Origin: a virus
Direction: 5' to 3' (one strand)
IMG/VR virus record: IMGVR_UViG_3300023179_000039
Coordinates: 32,001 to 96,000 of that record
DNA: 64,000 nucleotides
Each line of letters starts with the position of its first letter. Positions within the stretch are counted from its first letter, which is position 1. The notes beneath the pieces were generated by a model, which was given only the letters and a program-made list of their open reading frames with translations, was not told where the DNA came from and made no database searches. Positions 17,974 through 26,767 of the stretch are shown here, piece by piece. The translations under genes were made by a program, and so were the position numbers.

Positions 17974-19005
17974 GTGTTAGTTCCTACCGAATATATACTG
18001 CAAAAATTCTATCAATATGCAGGCTACCCGCAATTTAAGAAAACAAGCAATACGTATATTGCAGGGTGTCCAATTTGTAGGGAGGGTAAATCGTGGGGTA
18101 AGAAGAGAAGATGTATTTTTATACCTGAAGATGGTGTTGTATGTTGTCATAATTGCGGGTGGTATAGTAATGCTGTAAAATGGATAACTGAGGTATCTGG
18201 TCTTTCGTTCTCTGAAATAGTAAACGAATCTAAAGAATTTGATGTGTTGCCATTAAACGTGTATCAAGAAGAAAAAAAGCCTGTTAAAAAACCAGCTGCT
18301 ACTTTACCTTCTGATTGTATAAATTTGTTTGATTCAAATCAGATAGATTTTTATAAAGATAACTCAGTAGTAAAGGATGCCTTAGAATTAATTAAAAATA
18401 GAAAATTAGATGTAGCTATTAATAGACCGGATACGCTGTGGGTTACTTGTAAAGACAAGATTCATAAGAATAGAATAGTGATACCTTTTTATGATGAAAA
18501 CAATAATATTATTTTCTATCAAACCAGGCTCATATATAAAAAAGATGAGCGAATGTATCCAAAATATCTAAGCAAGGTAAACGGTGAAAAGTCACTATAT
18601 AATGTTAATAAGATTTCATCTAATTTAGAATATATTTTTATTTTTGAAGGCCCTATAGATGCTTTTTTTGTTAAAAATGGAACAGCTGTTGCTGGTATTC
18701 AAGAGAAAAGTTCTAATACATTTTCTACACTACAAGAGCATCAAATGTTATCTTATAAATTTTTTAATAAAATATGGGTATTAGATAGTCAGTGGCAAGA
18801 TAAAGCTAGCAGAAATAAAACTAATAAATTAATTGAATCTGGTGAAACAGTATTTATTTGGCCTGAAAACGTTGGTAAAAAATATAAAGATATTAATGAG
18901 ATGTGCGTGGACAGAGACTTATCTCAAATAGATCCAGAGTTTATAATTAGTAACTCACACAAAGATATGAAAGCCAAGCTTTTAATGTCTATTATCTGTC
19001 GTTAG
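17974..19005 (+). CDS. gp61: DNA primase
   Basis: CPIC...CHNCG zinc finger, RIVIPF, TOPRIM FEGPIDA, KDINE. Confidence 0.95.
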   Translation: MLVPTEYILQKFYQYAGYPQFKKTSNTYIAGCPICREGKSWGKKRRCIFIPEDGVVCCHNCGWYSNAVKWITEVSGLSFSEIVNESKEFDVLPLNVYQEEKKPVKKPAATLPSDCINLFDSNQIDFYKDNSVVKDALELIKNRKLDVAINRPDTLWVTCKDKIHKNRIVIPFYDENNNIIFYQTRLIYKKDERMYPKYLSKVNGEKSLYNVNKISSNLEYIFIFEGPIDAFFVKNGTAVAGIQEKSSNTFSTLQEHQMLSYKFFNKIWVLDSQWQDKASRNKTNKLIESGETVFIWPENVGKKYKDINEMCVDRDLSQIDPEFIISNSHKDMKAKLLMSIICR

Positions 19006-19396
19006 CAGAAATAAGATATCCCTTTAACGATTCGCTTAGCGAGCTTAATTCTGAAGCAAGTCTCGCTATTTTCTTTTTTTCACTTCTAGCAATATCTTCA
19101 AAAATAGTATCACAAGCTGCTGTATGTAATTGTACTTGCATGCTTGAAGGTTCTGTACTATTTAAAAACTTAATGAATTCATCTATTTGAGAAATCCATT
19201 CTCTTAGCTTTTGAACTTGTTCTGTCTTTCTGTGATCCTGTACTTGCTCTCTACCACCTTGTACATCAAAATCTTCAGGCTTTGCATTAGTTAATGTCTG
19301 TGCCATAGCTTCTTTGTCGTTAGCAGGAGCAGCAGGTTCTGGGGTAGTTTCGTCAGCTTCTAAAAGCGTATAAAATCTTTTAACAAATGAACTCAT
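18992..19396 (-). CDS. Hypothetical protein, candidate internal head protein
   Basis: 134 aa, late promoter, N-terminal FVKRFYTLLE. Confidence 0.7.
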   Translation of the reverse strand: MSSFVKRFYTLLEADETTPEPAAPANDKEAMAQTLTNAKPEDFDVQGGREQVQDHRKTEQVQKLREWISQIDEFIKFLNSTEPSSMQVQLHTAACDTIFEDIARSEKKKIARLASELSSLSESLKGYLISANDR

Positions 19397-19401
19397 ATTA
19401 T

Positions 19402-19421
19402 TATTTATTATTGAATAAATA
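19402..19421. promoter_or_regulatory. Back-to-back late-type promoters
   Basis: TAAATA on - (19402-19407, 5 nt before ATG 19396) and on + (19416-19421, 5 nt before GTG 19427). Confidence 0.65.
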
Positions 19422-19426
19422 ATTTT

Positions 19427-19813
19427 GTGAGAAAAAAGCTTGTTTTTGAAGATATTCTTAACTATAACAAATGGGTTTCTGGTATAGCTTCAAGAGAGCT
19501 TGCCACTCAAAAAGTTACACTTAAAGACATTTTTAACGGACCTTCCACCGAACAAAGCCCTAATGATGCTAAAGCAGACCCTGTAGTACCTTATCCTTTA
19601 CAAAATACTGTACAACAGATAGGAGAGCTTTATATTAATGCTACTAATGCAAAACAATCAGTTCTAAGCTCTTTAAATAACCCTGTATTAAAAGATAATA
19701 AAATAGCAAAAGAAGCAGTTAAAGGTGTTTTAGAAAGATTAGATATTATTATAAACACCGTACAAGACATAATAAAGTTAACTAATAAGCCGGTTGCAAA
19801 AAAAGAAAAATAA
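19427..19813 (+). CDS. Hypothetical late protein
   Basis: 128 aa, N-terminal LVFE. Confidence 0.7.
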   Translation: MRKKLVFEDILNYNKWVSGIASRELATQKVTLKDIFNGPSTEQSPNDAKADPVVPYPLQNTVQQIGELYINATNAKQSVLSSLNNPVLKDNKIAKEAVKGVLERLDIIINTVQDIIKLTNKPVAKKEK

Positions 19814-19821
19814 GTTATAAT
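19794..19821 (+). promoter_or_regulatory. Sigma70-type promoter, leaderless geometry
   Basis: TTGCAA-N16-TATAAT-N6-ATG 19828. Confidence 0.75.
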
Positions 19822-19827
19822 ACTATA

Positions 19828-20268
19828 ATGGCAAAAAGACTCTTGGGTCAACTAATATCTTTGTTATTAGTTTCAGTTATTTTTAGTGTGTTATTAAAAC
19901 ACTTTGATGTAAGCTATTGGGTGGGTGGGCTGTTCGGTATTGCAGTACAGTTTGCCGGGTTTTATGCTTTTAAAGCAATTCTCTCTACTTACGCAGCATT
20001 ACAAGATAAAAAGCTAGAAAACGAGCGCATAAAAGAATTATCGTATCAAGGGCTAAGCGTAGCCTGCCCTTGTTATAAAGCAGTTAAACAGTTTGTTCCT
20101 ATTAAGCTTAATGCACCTAACTATTACAAATGCGGCGATTGTAACAAACTAGTAGGCGTTTATGTAAATGCAGAGACTGCTATTGTAACTGAACCGCAAG
20201 AATCTAGTCTAGAAGCAGTAAATAGTTTATTATCTAAGAGCGTTGCTGCAGCAACTAAAACCGTATGA
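19828..20268 (+). CDS. Membrane protein with two TM segments and a CPC...CxxC zinc ribbon
   Basis: Two hydrophobic N-terminal stretches; ACPCY...KCGDCNK. Confidence 0.7.
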   Translation: MAKRLLGQLISLLLVSVIFSVLLKHFDVSYWVGGLFGIAVQFAGFYAFKAILSTYAALQDKKLENERIKELSYQGLSVACPCYKAVKQFVPIKLNAPNYYKCGDCNKLVGVYVNAETAIVTEPQESSLEAVNSLLSKSVAAATKTV

Positions 20269-20717
20269 ATGTACCACAAAGCATAAGTTCAATTACAACT
20301 GACACATCTCCTGATCCCTTTGCCTCGGTAGTCAAATTACCGGATCTTCCTTTAGATGAAATTATAGCTGCCTTTAAACGCTCTTTAACCGCTAAAGAGT
20401 TAGAAGACTTTCAAACTGGCTTGGCTTATTTTAAAAAAGATATATCTTCAGAAAAAGCTATACTAAAAAATATTTTTAATTTGGTATGTGAAATGTTAAT
20501 TAAAGCTATTAACAATAGCGATTTAGATGTAGATTTAAAACCCACCCTTGCAGTACAGATTAAAATGTCAATAGAGAGTCTTTGTAATAATTTTGATGCT
20601 TTTTACACGACTTTAATTATTTTAAATAAAAATAAAAATTTACTTGACGTGAAAGGATTAATCCTGATAATAATAGGATATGCAATCAGTCTTCTCAAAA
20701 AAACAAATAACGGTTGA
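20265..20717 (+). CDS. Hypothetical protein
   Basis: 150 aa, ATGA-coupled, hydrophobic C-terminus. Confidence 0.7.
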   Translation: MNVPQSISSITTDTSPDPFASVVKLPDLPLDEIIAAFKRSLTAKELEDFQTGLAYFKKDISSEKAILKNIFNLVCEMLIKAINNSDLDVDLKPTLAVQIKMSIESLCNNFDAFYTTLIILNKNKNLLDVKGLILIIIGYAISLLKKTNNG

Positions 20718-20982
20718 AACATCTAAAACAAAGCACGTACTAGACGCTGAAGAATATACTAGATGGCTTTGTCTTATAGAAGCTTTAGATATCATTTCAA
20801 AAAGTGCAGAGCGCTTTAAAGTCGACTTAAACAATAGCGACTGGATTAAGCCGCTATCACTACAAAAATATATTGTCGAAAGGTTTGAATCAATGATAGA
20901 TGAAGTGTCGATGAACGAAGGTATTAAGATAAATATTAAAAAATTACCATGCACTACATTGTCGGAACCAGTTTTAGAGTAG
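20680..20982 (+). CDS. Hypothetical protein
   Basis: About 100 aa; start uncertain. Confidence 0.6.
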   Translation: MQSVFSKKQITVETSKTKHVLDAEEYTRWLCLIEALDIISKSAERFKVDLNNSDWIKPLSLQKYIVERFESMIDEVSMNEGIKINIKKLPCTTLSEPVLE

Positions 20983-21224
20983 CGCCTAATAGCAAAGTTA
21001 ATATTAGGGATAAACGTTTTGTTCCTAATCAGAGTTATGTACTAACCTACATTTCTAGAAAACAAGATAAAGTAATTTATTTCTTTTCTGGTGGAGGTCA
21101 AAAATTTCAAATTGAATTTAATAGCTGTCGGGAAGGTGACGCGCTTATTTCAAAATTTAGAAATGAAAATATTCCTAACTACGAAGAACGTGTAGAAGAA
21201 GTAGTAGATGTTTTAAACGATTAG
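20949..21224 (+). CDS. Hypothetical protein
   Basis: 91 aa, last gene of the + strand run. Confidence 0.6.
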   Translation: MHYIVGTSFRVAPNSKVNIRDKRFVPNQSYVLTYISRKQDKVIYFFSGGGQKFQIEFNSCREGDALISKFRNENIPNYEERVEEVVDVLND

Positions 21225-21946
21225 TATCCGCCGTAAACATTACCGTAGTCTGTCTTAGAATAATCAAAAACAGTTTTAGAAGCAACATTTACATCATATT
21301 CATAAGGTTTATCTGCACCCGATGCATAAGGGCTTTTTGAATCTTCGAATATTTGCTGGTTTTGTGCCTCTTGTGTAACACCAGGTTCAAATGAATATTC
21401 AAATCGTTTGGCTTTTACCAACCATACGTAATGGCCCATTAGAGGGTTAATCTGTGCAATATCTTGATCTAACCTTTGTGTTATTTCGTAAATGTTACCA
21501 TTTCTTCCCCCGGGTCTGTCACTGCCATATTCAGTTAATTGCATAAGGTCACCCGACTTAGGCTCTGCGCCAGGGCCAAAGGTAGCATAGAAAGAGCTTA
21601 TATGAATAAATGCAGTCATCTCATCATCTGAAACAAGACCAAACTTGCTTAACAACAATGCATTTTCATTTAAATTTATTCCTATTATTAAGTTTTGAGG
21701 GGGAGAGTATTGCTGTGTTGGTTGTTCACCGTAAAGCATATCAGCGCTTAATGTTGTTGTATTATTAACAATATAACCTATTTTTTGCCCGTATAAATTA
21801 ATCTGTTCTCTCCAGTAATTAGAAATAGTATTTCTTTCATCAGCATTCTTCTCTTTATCAGTAAATCTAAAACACGTGTTATCTTCAAAAAAGAAAGGAT
21901 ATGTTTTTGGCTGCTCTAAATTACCTGTATAATATTGTGTAGACAT
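21221..21946 (-). CDS. gp14: Neck / head-tail connector protein
   Basis: EQINLYGQKIGY, LYGE, LSKFGL..DDE, PKSGDL match the T4 gp14 pattern. Confidence 0.75.
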   Translation of the reverse strand: MSTQYYTGNLEQPKTYPFFFEDNTCFRFTDKEKNADERNTISNYWREQINLYGQKIGYIVNNTTTLSADMLYGEQPTQQYSPPQNLIIGINLNENALLLSKFGLVSDDEMTAFIHISSFYATFGPGAEPKSGDLMQLTEYGSDRPGGRNGNIYEITQRLDQDIAQINPLMGHYVWLVKAKRFEYSFEPGVTQEAQNQQIFEDSKSPYASGADKPYEYDVNVASKTVFDYSKTDYGNVYGGY

Positions 21947-21947
21947 G

Positions 21948-22268
21948 TTATTTCTCTAGAACTGCCTTTCCAATTAATGGATCAAATCTTAAAATTATCC
22001 CAGTATTACCTAGTTTTTTTGGTGTAGTACTAGCATATTTTAGATTAAACTCATCTTCTATTTGCTTTATTTCGGCTGTATTTAAAACGACTCTACCTTG
22101 TGTTTTACGTAATAGACCCTCTACTTTTTGATTTTTATGAATGGTTCTATGTGCTTTCGGTACAAATCTTGATTGCGAAGGCAGGGTAGCTCCTAGACCT
22201 TCATGACGCTTTTTAACAAAATTACCTTTTTTATTGAATTTACGCCAATGGTCTTTAAACGTATTCAC
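21948..22268 (-). CDS. Hypothetical basic late protein
   Basis: 106 aa; GTG start 5 nt after TAAATA. Confidence 0.7.
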   Translation of the reverse strand: MNTFKDHWRKFNKKGNFVKKRHEGLGATLPSQSRFVPKAHRTIHKNQKVEGLLRKTQGRVVLNTAEIKQIEDEFNLKYASTTPKKLGNTGIILRFDPLIGKAVLEK

Positions 22269-22273
22269 ATTAT

Positions 22274-22279
22274 TATTTA
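22274..22279 (-). promoter_or_regulatory. Late-type promoter TAAATA
   Basis: 5 nt before GTG 22268. Confidence 0.6.
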
Positions 22280-22282
22280 AGC

Positions 22283-22313
22283 AAAAAAAAGGGCCTAATT
22301 TGACTTAGGCCCT
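22283..22313 (-). terminator. Rho-independent terminator
   Basis: Stem AGGGCCTAA (22290-22298) / TTAGGCCCT (22305-22313) followed by a T run on the - strand, just after the 22337 stop. Confidence 0.85.
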
Positions 22314-22336
22314 AATTTTTATTAGCTACTTAACGC

Positions 22337-23266
22337 TTATTTAAGACCGGCTAGATAAGCTCCAACCTTTGATGTCTTAGAAGCAACTACGTTAGCCTTA
22401 CCCTTAGGGGATGTGGGAGCGCCACCTTTTACGCCACCACCTACTAGAGCATGGCCTTTTTCACCATCATTACCGACTTTGTCAGTAACTTTACCATCAC
22501 CAGCACCGTGAGATGTTAAACTCTTTGTTACATCACCGACTTTATTGTCTTTCTTCTGTAGGCTTTCACCGGCAGAAGCGGGAAGTTCCTTAAGTTCAGT
22601 GGCTTCCTTAGCTACATTCCTGGAATTCTCTTCGTTATCTTCGTCGGAATCCTTCTCTTCATTATCTTCTTCAGCAGCTTCTTCTTCTTCGTTAGATTCT
22701 TCGCTACCAGCAGCTTCTTCACCACCAACTTCATCGCTTGTTTCATCAGCTTTATGAGCTTCTTCACCGGAGAGCAAATCAGCGAGAACGTCATGAAGCT
22801 TTTGAGCTACATCGCGAGGTAATGTTAAAGTTACTTCTTCTTCACCACCCTTATCTTCACCAGCATCAACGCTAGGAAGACCGAGTGCGGCGATATCGTC
22901 CGACTCAGCGTTCTCGGCCTGTCCGGCCATTACATCTTCAAAAAGTTTATCGAATATTGATTTGCTCATAAAAGTATTTATTGTTTGTACTTCCGTTTTT
23001 TCAAGGTTTTGTGAGAATTTTTTAGGTTCAAAGAAATTTTCTTTTTTAGAAGAATTAGGATCAACGATATCTTTATTAAAGCCATCCGCGTTTTCAGGTC
23101 CAGAATTCTTAGGGAGAAAAGCTTTCTTATCAGCCGTTGCTTCAACAGGCTTTTTATCATCAGCAACCTTAAAAGTGCCCTTAGGAGGAAAGACTGACTT
23201 TTTCTCTTCAATAACTTGCTTTTCATAGAAATCACCGAGTGTTACTAGAGTTCTCGCACCGTTCAT
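22337..23266 (-). CDS. Acidic low-complexity late protein (prohead core/scaffold or internal protein candidate)
   Basis: 309 aa with Glu/Asp-rich centre and Gly/Lys-rich C-terminus; own late promoter and terminator. Confidence 0.7.
   Translation of the reverse strand: MNGARTLVTLGDFYEKQVIEEKKSVFPPKGTFKVADDKKPVEATADKKAFLPKNSGPENADGFNKDIVDPNSSKKENFFEPKKFSQNLEKTEVQTINTFMSKSIFDKLFEDVMAGQAENAESDDIAALGLPSVDAGEDKGGEEEVTLTLPRDVAQKLHDVLADLLSGEEAHKADETSDEVGGEEAAGSEESNEEEEAAEEDNEEKDSDEDNEENSRNVAKEATELKELPASAGESLQKKDNKVGDVTKSLTSHGAGDGKVTDKVGNDGEKGHALVGGGVKGGAPTSPKGKANVVASKTSKVGAYLAGLK
22975..22980 (-). promoter_or_regulatory. Internal late-type promoter TAAATA
   Basis: 5 nt before in-frame ATG 22969 (Met100). 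Confidence 0.5.
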
Positions 23267-23272
23267 ATTAAG

Positions 23273-23278
23273 TATTTA
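23273..23278 (-). promoter_or_regulatory. Late-type promoter TAAATA
   Basis: 6 nt before ATG 23266; overlaps + strand TAAGTA (23269-23274) ahead of gp17. Confidence 0.6.
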
Positions 23279-26055
23279 TGTTATATATGCCTAAAAAACA
23301 AGAAAGTCAATTTTATTTAGGAAATCAAAATTTACCCACAACAGATGCTGTATTTGATTATGAAGCACATCCAGAATGGGTACAAGATATAGCCAGATGT
23401 AGAAAAAATATATTATATTTTGCTGAGAACTTCTTCTATATTACCAATCTAGATGAAGGTAAGATGAAAATTAAACTTCATACTTATCAAAAGCGTATTT
23501 TAAGAAGTTTACGAGATAATAGATTTGTATGTTTATTAGCAAGTCGTCAAATTGGTAAAGCACTTGCTTTAGACACCCCAATACCTACTCCAGCTGGATG
23601 GACTACTATGGGTGAATTAAAAGACGGGGACATTGTATTTGGTTTAGATGGTAAAAGATGCAAGGTTGCAAAAGCTCATGATATTTTATTAAATAGAAAT
23701 TGTTATGAAGTGTTGTTTGATAATGGTGAAAAAATAATTGCTGACGAAGATCATTTGTGGTTAACACAAACTAGAGCCGAAAGACATAAAGAGATACAAG
23801 GTAGTAAAAAGACAACTAAAGAAATTTTCAATACTTTATTAACTAAATCTAAAACAAGACAAGAACCAAATCATAGAATTCCGGTTTGTTTGAATGGTAT
23901 AGAAACGAGTAGAAATTTACTACCAATAGATCCTTATGTTCTAGGATTTTGGTTGGGCGATGGAGCTTCTGAAGGCGGTACAATAACTGTTGGTAAAAGA
24001 GATTTAGATAATGTTATCTCTATTCTTAAAAATAATCAAATGCAGTTTAACAATTTAATTGTACATAAATACAATAAAAATGCTTTTACAGTGCGCATTA
24101 CAACCAGCAAAAACGTAAAGACTGAAAGTTTAAGCACATTATTAAAGGAAAATAATTTAGTTTTTAACAAACATATACCGCAAGAGTATATGTTAAGTAG
24201 CAGAACACAAAGATTATCTTTACTGCAGGGGTTAATAGATAGTGACGGCTATATAACAAAACATGGTATAGCTCAATTTTATAATACAAATTTAAATTTA
24301 GTAAAGCAGGTAAGAGAACTTATTGAAAGTTTAGGATACAAAGTAACTTACAAAGAATTTATTCCAAAACTCAGAGGTGTTGAATGCAGTAAAGTAGGCA
24401 CATTGACTTTTACTCCTTATGAAGAGGTATGTCTTTTAGACTTTAAAAAATCTAGACTAAAGAAAATAACTAAAAAAGAAAACGTTTCTAAATTAAGAGC
24501 TCAATGGCATTACATTAAATCTATAACCCCTGTAAAATCTGTGCCCGTTAGATGTATAACTGTAGATAATGAAACAGGGACATTTTTATGTGGAAAACAG
24601 TTTATTCCAACAAGTAATACTACATTAATGACAATATATGCTTTGTGGATAGCCTGTTTTTTTGAAGACCAACGTACTCTCATTGTCGCTAATAAAGAGC
24701 AAACAGCAATTAATATTTTTAAGAGAGTTCGTTTAGCTTATGAAAAACTACCAAACTATCTTAAACCAGGAACCGTAGAATATGGGAAAACATCAATGTC
24801 TTTGGGAAACGGGTCTAGTATTGGTATTTCGACGACAAGTAGTGATGCAGGCCGAGGCGATAGCTGTAATGTTTTAATTTTGGATGAGTTAGCATTTATT
24901 GACAACCATCTTGTTGAGCAATTCTGGAGTTCAGTATACCCAATTATTTCATCGTCCAAAAAATCTAAAATATTTGTTGCATCAACGCCAAACGGAACCG
25001 GTAATCTTTTTCATGAATTATATTCTGGGGCAATAGAGGGTAAAAATGATTGGCATGCTGAAAAAGTTGATTGGTGGGAGTTTCCCGGGCGTGATGATGT
25101 CTGGAAAGAAAAAACAATTAAAACTTTAGGCAGTAGAGAAGTTTTTGATCAAGAATTTGGTAATGTATTTTTACAAGCCGGAGAAAGTGCCATCGATGAA
25201 AAACTTTTTGAAGAAATGAAAACTGAATGTATTGAACCTAATTTTATTTTTGAAGAAGGAAAATATTTGATGTGGGAAGAGCCCTCACAGGATAAAATTT
25301 ATGTCGTCGGAGTCGACATAAGCGAAGGCGTAGGAGAAGCTGCAAGTGTTGTTCAAGTTTTAGATATTACGGATTTGAGAGAAATAAAACAAGTAGCAGT
25401 TTATCATGACCGTACAATTAGCCCTTACAATTTTACAACTAAGTTACACGAAATCTTAAAGCACTGGGGATCACCTCTTGCCATGATAGAAAGAAATAAC
25501 TGCGGTGCACAGGTTGTCGATCAACTTAAAAATACTATGGGATATGAAAATATAGTTTCATATGGAATTAAATCTGGACCGGTTTCGTTTAATAAAATTG
25601 GCGTACAAGCCCATACCAACACAAAATATAAAGGTGTAATGAATATGCGGTATTGGATGTCAGAATTAAAAGTATTAAAAATTAGAGATTTAAAAACGTT
25701 AAACGAATTAAAAGGGTTTGTTCGCTATCCTAACGGCACATGGGCGGCTAAACAAGGTTCAGATAGCTGGGATGATAGAGTAATGAGTCTTATGTGGGGG
25801 CTAATGATTTTAGAAAACGGGTTAGTGGAAAAATATTTTGAAATTGTAGAGTTTGATAATAATAAAAAACCATTAAAATTAAAATCTTTAGATTATGGAA
25901 TTAAGTATTTTCTAAACCCTGCATCAATTTATAACAATGAAAAAAATGGCTTAGAAGGGTTACCACCTTTACCTATAGTAATACAACAACAAGATAATAA
26001 TGATTTTAATGAAATAGCTGATTTAGAATCACAAGGCTACCGCCGAATTCAATAA
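23278..26055 (+). CDS. gp17: Terminase large subunit, intein-containing
   Basis: LHTYQK, Walker A SRQIGK/T split by the intein, Walker B LILDELAF, STPNG, nuclease GVDISEG and DDRVMS. Start 23278 or 23287. Confidence 0.95.
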   Translation: MLYMPKKQESQFYLGNQNLPTTDAVFDYEAHPEWVQDIARCRKNILYFAENFFYITNLDEGKMKIKLHTYQKRILRSLRDNRFVCLLASRQIGKALALDTPIPTPAGWTTMGELKDGDIVFGLDGKRCKVAKAHDILLNRNCYEVLFDNGEKIIADEDHLWLTQTRAERHKEIQGSKKTTKEIFNTLLTKSKTRQEPNHRIPVCLNGIETSRNLLPIDPYVLGFWLGDGASEGGTITVGKRDLDNVISILKNNQMQFNNLIVHKYNKNAFTVRITTSKNVKTESLSTLLKENNLVFNKHIPQEYMLSSRTQRLSLLQGLIDSDGYITKHGIAQFYNTNLNLVKQVRELIESLGYKVTYKEFIPKLRGVECSKVGTLTFTPYEEVCLLDFKKSRLKKITKKENVSKLRAQWHYIKSITPVKSVPVRCITVDNETGTFLCGKQFIPTSNTTLMTIYALWIACFFEDQRTLIVANKEQTAINIFKRVRLAYEKLPNYLKPGTVEYGKTSMSLGNGSSIGISTTSSDAGRGDSCNVLILDELAFIDNHLVEQFWSSVYPIISSSKKSKIFVASTPNGTGNLFHELYSGAIEGKNDWHAEKVDWWEFPGRDDVWKEKTIKTLGSREVFDQEFGNVFLQAGESAIDEKLFEEMKTECIEPNFIFEEGKYLMWEEPSQDKIYVVGVDISEGVGEAASVVQVLDITDLREIKQVAVYHDRTISPYNFTTKLHEILKHWGSPLAMIERNNCGAQVVDQLKNTMGYENIVSYGIKSGPVSFNKIGVQAHTNTKYKGVMNMRYWMSELKVLKIRDLKTLNELKGFVRYPNGTWAAKQGSDSWDDRVMSLMWGLMILENGLVEKYFEIVEFDNNKKPLKLKSLDYGIKYFLNPASIYNNEKNGLEGLPPLPIVIQQQDNNDFNEIADLESQGYRRIQ
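23560..24618 (+). mobile_element. Class 3-type intein with LAGLIDADG homing endonuclease (353 aa)
   Basis: Begins ALALDTPIPT, block B DEDHLW, LGFWLGDG and LLQGLIDSDG, block F VRCITVD, ends FIPTSN before Thr+1. Confidence 0.92.
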
Positions 26056-26058
26056 ATA
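26053..26058 (+). promoter_or_regulatory. Late-type promoter TAAATA
   Basis: 5 nt before ATG 26064. Confidence 0.65.
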
Positions 26059-26063
26059 TTTTT

Positions 26064-26726
26064 ATGGCAAACTTAGTTACATACACCCAAAGCCCTTTTA
26101 ATAAGGCGCGTAAAGACAAATTTTTATTTGTCTTAAATTTACCCCCTTGCTTAAAAGACATCTCTAGAAAAACCGAACGTAGTAATCAAACAGTAATGCC
26201 TGATTCTTTACAATTTTCAGTTTTTGGTGCAATCGTACCAGAAGTAACAGTACCTTCTGTACAATTAAGATATTCCGGTCAAACTTTACACAATTCGAGT
26301 CATTCACGCGACCCCTACCCTCCCGTTACAATTAATTTTACTGTTGACAATAGATTTAATAATTACTGGATCATTTATAAATGGCTGGACCTTCTTAATA
26401 GCGCAAAGTTAAGTTATTATGATGCAAATAATTTGACAAAATCTAATATTAAGGAAACACCGGGAAATATTGATCCTCGCGAAAATTCGAATTCTGCTCT
26501 AGCTGCTGTTGGCTATGATTATCTTAAGTTTAGAGCTAACTTTTCATTGTTTGCGTTAGATGAATATGATAAAAGAATTATTGAATTTATATACAAAGAA
26601 GCGTTTCCTACAGCTATAGGAAGTATTAATTTTAACAATAGAGATGCCTCAGAATTAGAAACTTCTTTTACGTTTGAATATTCTCAGCTGGAAGTATCTC
26701 TTATTGAACAGGTAGATAGTTTGTAA
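26064..26726 (+). CDS. gp3: Tail completion / tube terminator protein (gp3-like)
   Basis: YPPVTINFTVDNRFNNY.IIYKWL and F..AFPTAIGSINF...TFEYS follow the gp3 tube-family pattern. Confidence 0.7.
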   Translation: MANLVTYTQSPFNKARKDKFLFVLNLPPCLKDISRKTERSNQTVMPDSLQFSVFGAIVPEVTVPSVQLRYSGQTLHNSSHSRDPYPPVTINFTVDNRFNNYWIIYKWLDLLNSAKLSYYDANNLTKSNIKETPGNIDPRENSNSALAAVGYDYLKFRANFSLFALDEYDKRIIEFIYKEAFPTAIGSINFNNRDASELETSFTFEYSQLEVSLIEQVDSL

Positions 26727-26755
26727 AAAATTAAAAAGTTTTATCCAAAAAGACA

Positions 26756-26761
26756 TAAATA
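26756..26761 (+). promoter_or_regulatory. Late-type promoter TAAATA
   Basis: 6 nt before ATG 26768. Confidence 0.65.
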
Positions 26762-26767
26762 CTTTAT

